A program made the translations under genes and the position numbers. DNA of 64,000 nt from an uncultured delta proteobacterium (GTDB lineage: Bacteria; Desulfobacterota; Binatia; Binatales; Binataceae): contig CAVTEN010000025.1 of the NCBI GenBank assembly GCA_963733715.1, positions 24,931-88,930 of the forward strand. The letters run 5' to 3'. The notes beneath the pieces are model-generated. The model was not told the DNA's origin and ran no database searches. It saw only the letters and a list, made by a program, of their open reading frames with translations. Below, in pieces: positions 39,900 through 47,752 of this stretch. The first letter of the stretch is position 1, and every line of letters begins with the position of its first letter.

Positions 39900-40511
39900 T
39901 TATTCAGCGCATGGACTCACCGGAGTTAAATCTATGGGTGTACTCGATTTACCACTGCCTGAAACCTTAATCGCTTGCGAGATCTCATACAGGAAAGCGT
40001 TCACTTGCCCTACGTATCCCCCTAGCTGAGTGCATGTTACTGGATCGAGATTCGTAGGTTGTCCAGTAATGCCCTGCGCCAGTTGTGAGATCTGATATCG
40101 GAGATAAATCAGATTCTGACTGATACAGTCGAGACCATTAGTTAGTTCATCTCCAGGATTACCAACAGGAATACACGGTGGAGGTGTAGGTGGAGGTGGT
40201 GGAGGTGGTGGAGGTGGAGGTGGAGGTGGTGGAGGTGGAGGTGGTGGTGGATTCTGCGGCTGGATCGGTGTAATCGGAATTACAGGATTAGCTTTGCAAG
40301 TCTCCGTAGCTGGGTCCCAAGTAAAACCCTCTGGACATGTCGGAACCTTTTGAACCGCGAGCACTGCGCATAGATGATCCAGTACGCTGGTCCATTGAAT
40401 GAGATCCTGACCGTCGCCATGCTGGAAATTAAGTTCTGCAACTGGAACGTCGCCATATCCATCAGGGCAATCATCGCCCTGAACAGTTGGCGAATCCTGT
40501 GGAGCTATCAC
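39900..40511 (-). CDS. Cys-containing N-domain / poly-proline linker / helical C-domain protein (203 aa)
   Basis: 21 consecutive Pro codons (40188-40250), then T and PPP. N-domain has CPDGYGD...C...CPEGFTWDPATETC. GTG start overlaps the preceding ORF by 41 nt (could be a fusion via indel). Confidence 0.65.
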   Translation of the reverse strand: MIAPQDSPTVQGDDCPDGYGDVPVAELNFQHGDGQDLIQWTSVLDHLCAVLAVQKVPTCPEGFTWDPATETCKANPVIPITPIQPQNPPPPPPPPPPPPPPPPPPPPPTPPPCIPVGNPGDELTNGLDCISQNLIYLRYQISQLAQGITGQPTNLDPVTCTQLGGYVGQVNAFLYEISQAIKVSGSGKSSTPIDLTPVSPCAE

Positions 40512-40776
40512 CGCTGGTAACGATGAACCGTCTCAGTCCGATGTGGATGCTAACGAAGAGTATTATTGGGATCGGGCTGAAGTTAACCGGCGTGCGATAG
40601 TAGCCAAGTGGCAGAGTATCCCAAGGTGCGAAAAATGCGTGATACTGAGTCCATCCGCCTTTCTCGATTTCGTATGTAAAGACCACGTAGCTAAGATTCC
40701 CAGGATGAACCAGTGTGCTTGGGAAAGTAGGCTGTGGGCCTAAGAATGGTGGTGGTGGTATATTGTCGGTAGCCAT
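40471..40776 (-). CDS. Pro-rich N-terminus, C-terminal TM helix protein (101 aa)
   Basis: MATDNIPPPPFLGPQPTFP..., hydrophobic FSPIPIILFVSIHIGL. Co-directional within the operon. Confidence 0.5.
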   Translation of the reverse strand: MATDNIPPPPFLGPQPTFPSTLVHPGNLSYVVFTYEIEKGGWTQYHAFFAPWDTLPLGYYRTPVNFSPIPIILFVSIHIGLRRFIVTSGDSSTGFANCSGR

Positions 40777-40855
40777 TTAATCGTTTGCAACCTGATACCA
40801 GAAGAAACAGCCACAATTGAAACTCTCTTTCGAGGTTAGTGCCTATTCAGATACG

Positions 40856-41308
40856 CTATCCTTTGGGAATGATGAACATAGGGAACGGTGAAAAGTTCGT
40901 AGCACTATCAAACCCGCTGCATCCGATGGCGCTGAACAGTTTGGCAGGAATGAAAGGATTCGGAGTGTTATTGTTATTGCCGAGAGATGTAGCCAGGATG
41001 TAGATCAATCCAGGTGGCGTACCTCTGTCAGGTCGGATCGCTTGTGGTGGTGGCTGCAACGTTCCTAGCACTTCATTGGAATACCAGAAGCCCCATCCTT
41101 CACCAGCGAATCCGCTGACATAGATTCCATATACTTTGAATGTTCGGCCTTGGCTGTCATTGTTGAACAGTGAGACGGTGATATAGTTGCCACCGCTTGG
41201 CTGTGGGTACGGGAGCCTAGCACCACTGACACCGAGATTGTCATCGAACCAATCAGGTGCGGGACGCGTAAGAACGCCTAAAGGATACTTTCCCGATGCG
41301 TCAGACAT
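40856..41308 (-). CDS. Beta-rich island ORFan (150 aa), candidate structural protein
   Basis: SD ggag 9 nt upstream of the ATG. Composition (G/P/N/S/F/Y-rich, alternating hydrophobic pattern) suggests a beta-sandwich. Confidence 0.65.
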   Translation of the reverse strand: MSDASGKYPLGVLTRPAPDWFDDNLGVSGARLPYPQPSGGNYITVSLFNNDSQGRTFKVYGIYVSGFAGEGWGFWYSNEVLGTLQPPPQAIRPDRGTPPGLIYILATSLGNNNNTPNPFIPAKLFSAIGCSGFDSATNFSPFPMFIIPKG

Positions 41309-41325
41309 TAGAACTACTCCGTAGC

Positions 41326-41679
41326 CTAAATGCCTGAGCCAGTTAGGATCTGTTCTGTAATATGAACCTGTCCGCTAAATCCAGGTGTAGTGACAGCGTA
41401 AAAAGCTAGAGTAGGTAGATCGTTATCCTGTTGGAAGTGATATTTGAGTATCTCCCCAGGAGGTACGAGCACACCGAAAATACCTGATACGTTACTTGAT
41501 GTAGAAATAACGGCATTGTTAGAACCTGTATTCGAGAATTGAATCCAGATCCTAGCGCCATTATTAGTTACAAGCGTGGAAACGGATGGACTAAGAGCCA
41601 CATCCGATTCACGTATTATGCCTTCAAGATCGCTATCATACTCCGCAAATAGCAGTTGTCTACAATTGCGGTATGACAT
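41326..41679 (-). CDS. Beta-rich island ORFan (117 aa), candidate structural protein
   Basis: ATG lies 1 nt after the upstream TAG (translational coupling). Ser/Thr/Asn/Val-rich beta-strand-like pattern. Confidence 0.65.
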   Translation of the reverse strand: MSYRNCRQLLFAEYDSDLEGIIRESDVALSPSVSTLVTNNGARIWIQFSNTGSNNAVISTSSNVSGIFGVLVPPGEILKYHFQQDNDLPTLAFYAVTTPGFSGQVHITEQILTGSGI

Positions 41680-41680
41680 A

Positions 41681-42451
41681 CTAACCTGTTACTGAACTGG
41701 AAACCTGTACTAGGTCTAACCAGAGTTCTTCTGCTGTGTCGGCACTGCCTGCGAATATTTCTACTTGAGGTAATGCTGTAGTAGCGAAAGTAATAAACTG
41801 ACCACTTGCTCCATATCGAGCATACTTATAGTCATAGCCGTCATAGCTATTAACCATAGGTACTCCAGGACGGTAGGTTTGTGATCCGCTATTCGGAATT
41901 AATCTAGCTGCGATGCCTGTAGGAGAATAAGCACGCATTCCTATGACACTGTAAGTGCCAGGATCTAGCGAAGTGTCGAGAGCGAATGTTACTGAAGTCC
42001 AAGCATTAGCTGTAACTGTGGCTGAAGCTGTAGCGTGAACTGTGATAGCACCCAATGGGCTAGCAGGACGTACAGGTCCATCGGTGAAAAACACTAGGCT
42101 TGAAACTGTTCCAGGTGAACCTGAGTTCTGAGCAGCAAAGAAATCTAACTCTTCATTGCTTCTGACCTGTAAGGGGTTAGCATAAAAGTCAGTAAATCTA
42201 ACTGGAGACTCTGCCCCTGTAGATCTATTTACTGGAACTATGTCTATGAAAGGTTGAACACGTAAGCTAGCTGATTGTAACTGTCCGCGAATACCACCTG
42301 ACGCTACAACTACAACACTGGACATCTTGTTCAAGTTCTGAACTAGAAATCCATTATTAGTCTTAGGATAGATGTTACTTGTTACAGCATTTACTTGTAG
42401 TAGTGCTGTACCGGACGCAATGCTAGAGCTGTATAATTCGAGGTGATTCAT
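41681..42451 (-). CDS. Island ORFan (256 aa), candidate major structural (jelly-roll-like?) protein
   Basis: SD gagg upstream. Beta-rich, no Cys, no low-complexity. Size is in the range of small-virus major capsid proteins. Function is inferred only. Confidence 0.65.
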   Translation of the reverse strand: MNHLELYSSSIASGTALLQVNAVTSNIYPKTNNGFLVQNLNKMSSVVVVASGGIRGQLQSASLRVQPFIDIVPVNRSTGAESPVRFTDFYANPLQVRSNEELDFFAAQNSGSPGTVSSLVFFTDGPVRPASPLGAITVHATASATVTANAWTSVTFALDTSLDPGTYSVIGMRAYSPTGIAARLIPNSGSQTYRPGVPMVNSYDGYDYKYARYGASGQFITFATTALPQVEIFAGSADTAEELWLDLVQVSSSVTG

Positions 42452-42465
42452 ATTATATCAACCTC

Positions 42466-42912
42466 TTATAGAGTGCCACGTAAGGCAGATACTTGCTGTA
42501 GGTATGAAGTTAAGCGAGTGATATTCTGTGCTGAACCTCTAGGGCCTCTAGGATTCGTTCTGTTCAAGTTAGAAGTGATTGAATCTAACTGAGGCAAGAA
42601 GGCATTCATAAATGCAGTTTCTTTGCTGGTCTTTGTGGTAGCTGAAGCTACGTACTTCTGTTGGCTTGAACCGTTAACAGTCGCTGTGAAAGCAGTAACG
42701 TCAACGTTCTGAAGCCCTTTAACGAAGTTGTTTTGAGCAGCCTGACTTGATACAGCCGCTACCCAGTTAACTGAAGCTGCTGCCGCTTGGAAAGGATCGC
42801 GCGTAGGTGAAAGAACGCCAGTAGACCATTTAGTCCCTGAACGCTGAACGCCTGCTGTCCAATTTGCTACTGCCTGAGCAGGAGTCTTTGTTTGTCTGAT
42901 TGTAAGTGCCAT
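42466..42912 (-). CDS. Island ORFan (148 aa), Ala/Thr/Ser/Gln-rich helical basic protein, first gene of the operon
   Basis: Starts the minus-strand operon at the divergent control region. Repeated W-x-x-G/A-V pattern (ANWTAGV, TKWSTGV, VNWVAAV). Confidence 0.6.
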   Translation of the reverse strand: MALTIRQTKTPAQAVANWTAGVQRSGTKWSTGVLSPTRDPFQAAAASVNWVAAVSSQAAQNNFVKGLQNVDVTAFTATVNGSSQQKYVASATTKTSKETAFMNAFLPQLDSITSNLNRTNPRGPRGSAQNITRLTSYLQQVSALRGTL

Positions 42913-43090
42913 TTTAAACCTTGTGTGCCCATATCGGGCTGCAAGGTTCGCAACTGGCTATTAGCAACGTGTTATGTCTGTGGGATGCAACGTCCGCGAG
43001 ATACACTTTTGGCTAAAGCCAAGTGCGAACGTTGCTAATAATGGACTGTATACTAGAAGTATGATAAAGTCAAGTCTAGTAGGTATTCAA

Positions 43091-43562
43091 ATGGCTATAC
43101 GTATTAATGCAAATCAACAAAGAGAAACACAACTTCTTATGGAATGGCTATTATCATTGGGTAAGACCACTGCTTGGAAAACACATGTCAATGTAGGGGC
43201 TGAAATGTTACAATACAATGGTAAACCTTTCGACGCCAGCCCAACAGAAAGCGTTCGGAGTCTGGAACAGTTGGGCAGATGCCAGGGTCTTCACTGGTAC
43301 TGAGGTACTGTTAGTCGAAGCTAAGATCGTAGCGACTGGTACAGCATATGGTGAAATCTTAGATTATCTAGACCAGTACCCTAGTAGCTCTGACTACAAA
43401 CAGTACTCAACTTATCCAGTCAGGGGCGTAGTTCTGGCAGCGTATGTTAAAGACCGTACAAGAATGCTGTTTTCTAACTACGGTATCCAAACTGTAATCT
43501 TCACACCTGTATGGGCTGGAGACACGCTAGCTAATAAAGTCTTTACTGGAATCGGGACTTAG
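43091..43562 (+). pseudogene. PD-(D/E)xK nuclease-like protein (Hjc/restriction-endonuclease fold candidate); frameshift ~43215-43250
   Basis: MAIRINANQQRETQLLMEWL...THVNVG (helix with Glu, strand), then in the other frame WADARVFTGTEVLLVEAKI, i.e. a D-x13-E-x-K arrangement. Confidence 0.4.
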
Positions 43563-43805
43563 TAGATCACGTAGTACGATCTATAGAAGTTGATTCAATG
43601 TAGATAGTCCGACAATTTAAACTCGATTCAGAGTGATACCCACCCCGTATCGAAAACCTACCCACCCATTTTCAATTTTTATTTTGATTTTCACGATATA
43701 GTTTGCGATTGCAAAGCCGGTCAAACATTTTCCAAGTTACTACTAGGACTTGAATTAGTCACTGATTAGTGTCATATTGGTATGTTTCGCTAATGAGGTA
43801 TATTT

Positions 43806-44072
43806 ATGTTACTCTATAACGCACTAACTCAAATTTGTTCCCAAGCCGGTTCCATCGCAAGACGTCCTAACGGTGTAATGCTTCAAGTGACCGACCGTAT
43901 GAAGCTTCTGACTTTTAACTCTGGCAGGGCATACCGCTGGACTCCCAAGACAAGAGACCTGTTAGCGGATGACTGGGAAGTTATTTCTATAGAGAGACTT
44001 ATAGAAGAGACTCGCTTAATGCAGGAACAGGCCGAACTAGACCAGTCTGAAGGGGCTGAATCCAATGGCTAG
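43806..44072 (+). CDS. DUF2829-like small protein (family that includes the anti-Thoeris sponge Tad2)
   Basis: N-terminal ALTQICSQAGSIARRPNG and C-terminal YRWTPKTRDLLADDWEVI match my memory of the DUF2829 signature (EAL..GKKVARKGWNG ... W.pSQtDlLAeDWeiV). Confidence 0.45.
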   Translation: MLLYNALTQICSQAGSIARRPNGVMLQVTDRMKLLTFNSGRAYRWTPKTRDLLADDWEVISIERLIEETRLMQEQAELDQSEGAESNG

Positions 44073-44586
44073 TACTACGATCTTTGCCCTATTATCCGAA
44101 CCTTTCGAGTATGTTGATCTTGCACATTCAATGTCTATGACCATTCAAGTTACAGCCTTTGAAGATGGATCAGGCTTGATACATCCGACTAATCCAAGCC
44201 CAAAGCATGTACGTCAACATATCGATCAGAATGGATTAACTGAACCGCCAGCGTCAGGAACGCCGATAGGCGTGCAGGTTCCAGTTCTCAGACTGTTTGG
44301 ATCAAGAATCGATAAAGCGAGTCCCTCACCGTATTGGGACATCAGCTCCAGGACGTTACAGGCACAATTGCTGCCACTTCTGGACGTACAGGCTGGAAGT
44401 ACCTCCGACTACCGCGTTAGAAGCCCGCAAATCGGCTACCAGCTACGGCAAAGTACCATTGCTGACACCGATCACGGTCAAGATCACAGCGAATGGTGCG
44501 CGACCGCAGAAACGGTATTCTCTGGAAGTTCTCTAAATACATTGGTCATGGAAATTGGATGCAGTGCGGGGAATCTGGAAGCGTGA
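44065..44586 (+). CDS. Island ORFan (173 aa); C-terminal third may be frameshifted
   Basis: ATG overlaps the previous stop by 8 nt. The alternative frame (track ORF 44297..44536) ends in more protein-like sequence (LTPITVKITANGARPQKRYSLEVL). Confidence 0.45.
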   Translation: MASTTIFALLSEPFEYVDLAHSMSMTIQVTAFEDGSGLIHPTNPSPKHVRQHIDQNGLTEPPASGTPIGVQVPVLRLFGSRIDKASPSPYWDISSRTLQAQLLPLLDVQAGSTSDYRVRSPQIGYQLRQSTIADTDHGQDHSEWCATAETVFSGSSLNTLVMEIGCSAGNLEA

Positions 44587-44731
44587 GGCTGACTTGGAAA
44601 ACTGTATAAACGAGGCTAGCAAGGTAAAATGTGCTAGCACTGTGATAGCAAATCGCCGAATGTGCCCAATTCGAGGCAGAGGGTTCAAACCGCTGATGAT
44701 AACCAAGTCCTTGTGTGCGTTGGGTTTGGAG

Positions 44732-44781
44732 TGGTGGAGCTGACGCGGATCGAACGCGCGACCTCCTGAATGCCATTCAGG
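44732..44781. repeat. attR: 50-bp direct repeat (functional 3' part of tRNA-Ala)
   Basis: Identical to 34792-34841. Confidence 0.95.
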
Positions 44782-44808
44782 CGCTCTCCCAAACTGAGCT
44801 ACAGCCCC
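44732..44808 (-). tRNA. tRNA-Ala (anticodon GGC), CCA encoded
   Basis: Minus strand GGGGCTGTAGCTCAGTTTGGGAGAGCGCCTGAATGGCATTCAGGAGGTCGCGCGTTCGATCCGCGTCAGCTCCACCA. Cloverleaf folds by eye, G3:U70 Ala identity pair, anticodon loop AUGGCAU. Confidence 0.9.
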
Positions 44809-44865
44809 ACCGTTGGCGAGATTTTTCAGCTAATCGGATACAGGACATGGAGTCAACCGACCGGT

Positions 44866-45966
44866 TCAATCAAAGCCGTAAAGCGCTGCGACGTTGTCCG
44901 ACGTCATCTGGCGGCGCTCGTCGTCGGGCACGCCTTCGAAGTCGCGCGCGATTACCTCGAGCGAGTTCGGCCAGGTCGAGTCCGAATGCGGGAAGTCCGA
45001 CCCCCACATCAGGTTTCTGACGCCGATGAAATGCCGCGTTACCACACCGACGCGATCGTCCTGAAAAGTTGCGGCGACCTGCCGTCGAAAATAATAGCTG
45101 GGCGGATTCGCGATCGTCTGCTTTTCGAGATAGCGATATTTCTCAAAGGAGTGGTCGAGGCGCTGGAGAAAATGCGGAATCCACCCGATGTCGTTTTCGA
45201 CCGACACCAGCTTGAGATTGGGGAAACGTTCGAGCACGCCGGCAAAAATAATTTCGGTGAGTGATCGCTCGACCGAATGATGCAGCGCCGGGTAACCCTT
45301 CATCACGCTTTGAAAATCGCTGCCGCCGCGCCGCTCAGTCAGTATATGCAGACTGATTGGCGTTCCGAGATCGTGCGCCGCCGCCCAGAATGGATCGTAT
45401 GACGGGTCGCTGTAGGGACGCTCTGCCGGAGCCGCGCCCCATATCATCGCACCGCGCAGGCCCTTGCTCACAGCGCGCTTGAGTTCCTCGACGCCTTCGA
45501 GCGGATCGTCGAGCGAGACCATCGCGACTCCTGCCAGGCGGCCAGGGCTATGCGCACAATACTCCGCCAGCCAATCGTTGTATGCGCGAAAGCACGCCGC
45601 ACGCAGCTCGCCGTCTTCCATTTGAAACAGCCGCATGCCGAGGCTCGGATACAACACCTCGCCCGAGACGCCGTCGCGCTCCTGGTCTTTGATTCGCAGG
45701 TCCGGATCCCACGCGCTGGGACGGACGCCCGGGTAACCGGCTGCCATTTTTTCCGCAAAGTCTTTCGGATCGACACCGGCGACGGCGAATCCTGCAACCG
45801 GAAACGGGCGGAGTCCCTCGGCGACAAAGAAGTCGCCTTCGCGGCTGCCGGCGTGCTTGATGATGCGTGGGGCGCGGTCGAGAAAGCGCTTGTCGATTCG
45901 CGCGGTCCAGACGTCGGCGGGTTCAATCACATGCGAATCGGCGGACAGGATTTTCTGCGCGTGCAT
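44866..45966 (-). CDS. Amidohydrolase 2 family (ACMSD-like metal-dependent hydrolase/decarboxylase)
   Basis: 366 aa. ILSADSHVIEP N-terminal metal motif and WGSDFPHSD C-terminal motif. Confidence 0.75.
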   Translation of the reverse strand: MHAQKILSADSHVIEPADVWTARIDKRFLDRAPRIIKHAGSREGDFFVAEGLRPFPVAGFAVAGVDPKDFAEKMAAGYPGVRPSAWDPDLRIKDQERDGVSGEVLYPSLGMRLFQMEDGELRAACFRAYNDWLAEYCAHSPGRLAGVAMVSLDDPLEGVEELKRAVSKGLRGAMIWGAAPAERPYSDPSYDPFWAAAHDLGTPISLHILTERRGGSDFQSVMKGYPALHHSVERSLTEIIFAGVLERFPNLKLVSVENDIGWIPHFLQRLDHSFEKYRYLEKQTIANPPSYYFRRQVAATFQDDRVGVVTRHFIGVRNLMWGSDFPHSDSTWPNSLEVIARDFEGVPDDERRQMTSDNVAALYGFD

Positions 45967-46039
45967 CGCGGAACCTCCTCTAATTATCGCAAGCCTGATC
46001 GCCGTTTAGCGCCGGTGGCGGATCGGCGTCAAGCGCGCG

Positions 46040-47737
46040 TCATTCGCGGGCGCGATCGAGCAGTTCGCGGGCGGCGCGACGGAATTTGTCTGACACTTCG
46101 CCGCCTAGCATGCGCGCGATCTCCTCGGTTCGATCGCCGGGTTCCAGAACTGCGACGCGGCTGCGAGTCGAACCGCGCCGCTCTTCTTTTTCGACGGTGA
46201 GGTGACGATCGGCGAACGCCGCGATCTGCGCGAGATGCGTGACGCACAGAATCTGATGGAAGCGCGAGAGCTGTTTCAGTTTCCGGCCAACCACCTGGGC
46301 AACTGCACCGCCGATTCCCGCGTCCACCTCGTCGAAGATCATCGTCGCGACACCACGGCGCTGCGCCTCGAGGCGTTTGAGCGCCAGCATCACGCGCGAG
46401 AGCTCGCCGCCCGAAGCGATTCTGAGCAGCGGCATCGCGGGCTGGCCGACGTTCGGCGACAGATGAAATTCGACGGTATCGATACCGAACGGACCGAGCG
46501 CAACGCCGCCGTGCACGAAGCCCGCTTCGTCTGAGGTGAGCGCGCCAAGGCGCGGTTCGAAACCCGGCGAGCGCATCCCGAGCGACTTCAGTTCGGTTTC
46601 CATCTTGCGGCCGAGATCGGCGGCAGCGCGCTTGCGAATCGAGGACAGTTTGTTTGCGTGCGCGACGAGATCGTCGAGCGCCGCCGCCATCGCCGCCTCG
46701 ACCTGCGCTTTCGACTCGCCGATTCCTTCGAGCTCGCCAATCTCTGTTCGCGAACGCTCCAATGTTTCGACAGCAGTGTCGATTGAGCCGCCATATTTAC
46801 GCTTGAGCCGGGTCAGTTCCTGGAGGCGGTTGTCGATCTCCTCGAGCCGCGCGGGATCCGCCTCGATTTTGGACGCGTATGCGCCGAGCGCGCGCGCTGC
46901 CTCCTCGAGGTTGGCGCGGGCCGACTTGATCATCTCGAGTGCGTCGCCCAGTTTCGGATCGAGCGCTGCCGCTTCGAGCAGGCGCACTTCGGCGCGCGAA
47001 ACCGTTTCGGTCGCCGCGCCGTCGGCACCGTACAGCGCCTGCTCGGCCTCGAGCGCCGCGTCGGCGAGCTTGCTTGCGTTGGAGAGTACGGTTCGCTCGC
47101 GCGACAACGCTTCGTCCTCGCCCGCGACGAGTCCGGCGCGTTCGAGTTCCGTCGTACGAAATCTTGCGAGCTCCAACAAATCAGCGCGCTCACGCTCGCG
47201 TCGGTTCAGTTCATGAAGTCGAGACTGGATTTCTTCCGCGCGCGTGTAGCGTTCGCGATACGAGGCGAGTTCGCCGTCGAGGTTTGCGTAGCGATCGAGA
47301 ATTTCGCGGTGGCTCTCAGCGCGGAGCAGCGAATGCTGTTCGTGCTGTCCGTAAACCTGGACCAACGATGCACCGATTTTGGCGAGACTCTGTACGGTGG
47401 CGAGTTCGCCGTCGATCGTCACGCGCGAGCGTCCACCACCCTCGGCAATCACCCTGCGCACGAGCAACTCCCTGCCAACGCCGTCGCGTTTGCGCGCCTC
47501 CAGTTCAGGCATCGCGGCCTCGCCCTCGAGTTCGAACAGACCCTCGACGATTGCTTCCTTCTCGCCGGCGCGAATCATATCGGGCGACGCGCGCGATCCG
47601 AGCAGCAATCCGAGCGCATTCAGGATGATCGTCTTGCCGGCGCCGGTCTCGCCGGAAAGCACGTTGAGGCCGGCGCCGAACTCGAGATGGGCTTCTTCGA
47701 TGATCGCGAAGTTGCGTATGTTCAGTTCGAGCAGCAT
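46040..47737 (-). CDS. recN: DNA repair protein RecN
   Basis: 565 aa. N-terminal LNVLSGETGAGKTII Walker A, long coiled coil, C-terminal ASGGELSRVMLAL and FDEVDAGIGG. Confidence 0.95.
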   Translation of the reverse strand: MLLELNIRNFAIIEEAHLEFGAGLNVLSGETGAGKTIILNALGLLLGSRASPDMIRAGEKEAIVEGLFELEGEAAMPELEARKRDGVGRELLVRRVIAEGGGRSRVTIDGELATVQSLAKIGASLVQVYGQHEQHSLLRAESHREILDRYANLDGELASYRERYTRAEEIQSRLHELNRRERERADLLELARFRTTELERAGLVAGEDEALSRERTVLSNASKLADAALEAEQALYGADGAATETVSRAEVRLLEAAALDPKLGDALEMIKSARANLEEAARALGAYASKIEADPARLEEIDNRLQELTRLKRKYGGSIDTAVETLERSRTEIGELEGIGESKAQVEAAMAAALDDLVAHANKLSSIRKRAAADLGRKMETELKSLGMRSPGFEPRLGALTSDEAGFVHGGVALGPFGIDTVEFHLSPNVGQPAMPLLRIASGGELSRVMLALKRLEAQRRGVATMIFDEVDAGIGGAVAQVVGRKLKQLSRFHQILCVTHLAQIAAFADRHLTVEKEERRGSTRSRVAVLEPGDRTEEIARMLGGEVSDKFRRAARELLDRARE

Positions 47738-47752
47738 CCGGGAAGCGCGCGG

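Larger units (their letters stand above)
34792..44781. mobile_element. tRNA-Ala-integrated element (~9.9 kb) with tyrosine integrase; candidate small prophage, satellite or integrative island
   Basis: Perfect att repeats, integrase next to attL, abrupt drop in GC compared with both flanks, ORFan content, and one phage-associated domain (DUF2829-like). Confidence 0.85.

Noticed and set aside
44640-44704. tRNA-like T-arm (gagGGTTCAAACCgctg ... aacca) just inside attR, possibly a second tRNA or tRNA fragment
   Set aside because: No complementary 5' acceptor strand, D-arm or anticodon arm could be folded. The T-stem has a mismatch. Probably fortuitous.
34792-44781. Interpretation of the island as an ordinary tailed prophage remnant
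   Set aside because: No terminase, portal, HK97-type capsid, protease, tail sheath/tube or lysis gene motifs were visible, and 9.9 kb with intact att sites argues against a simple large-prophage remnant. This cannot be fully excluded without profile searches.
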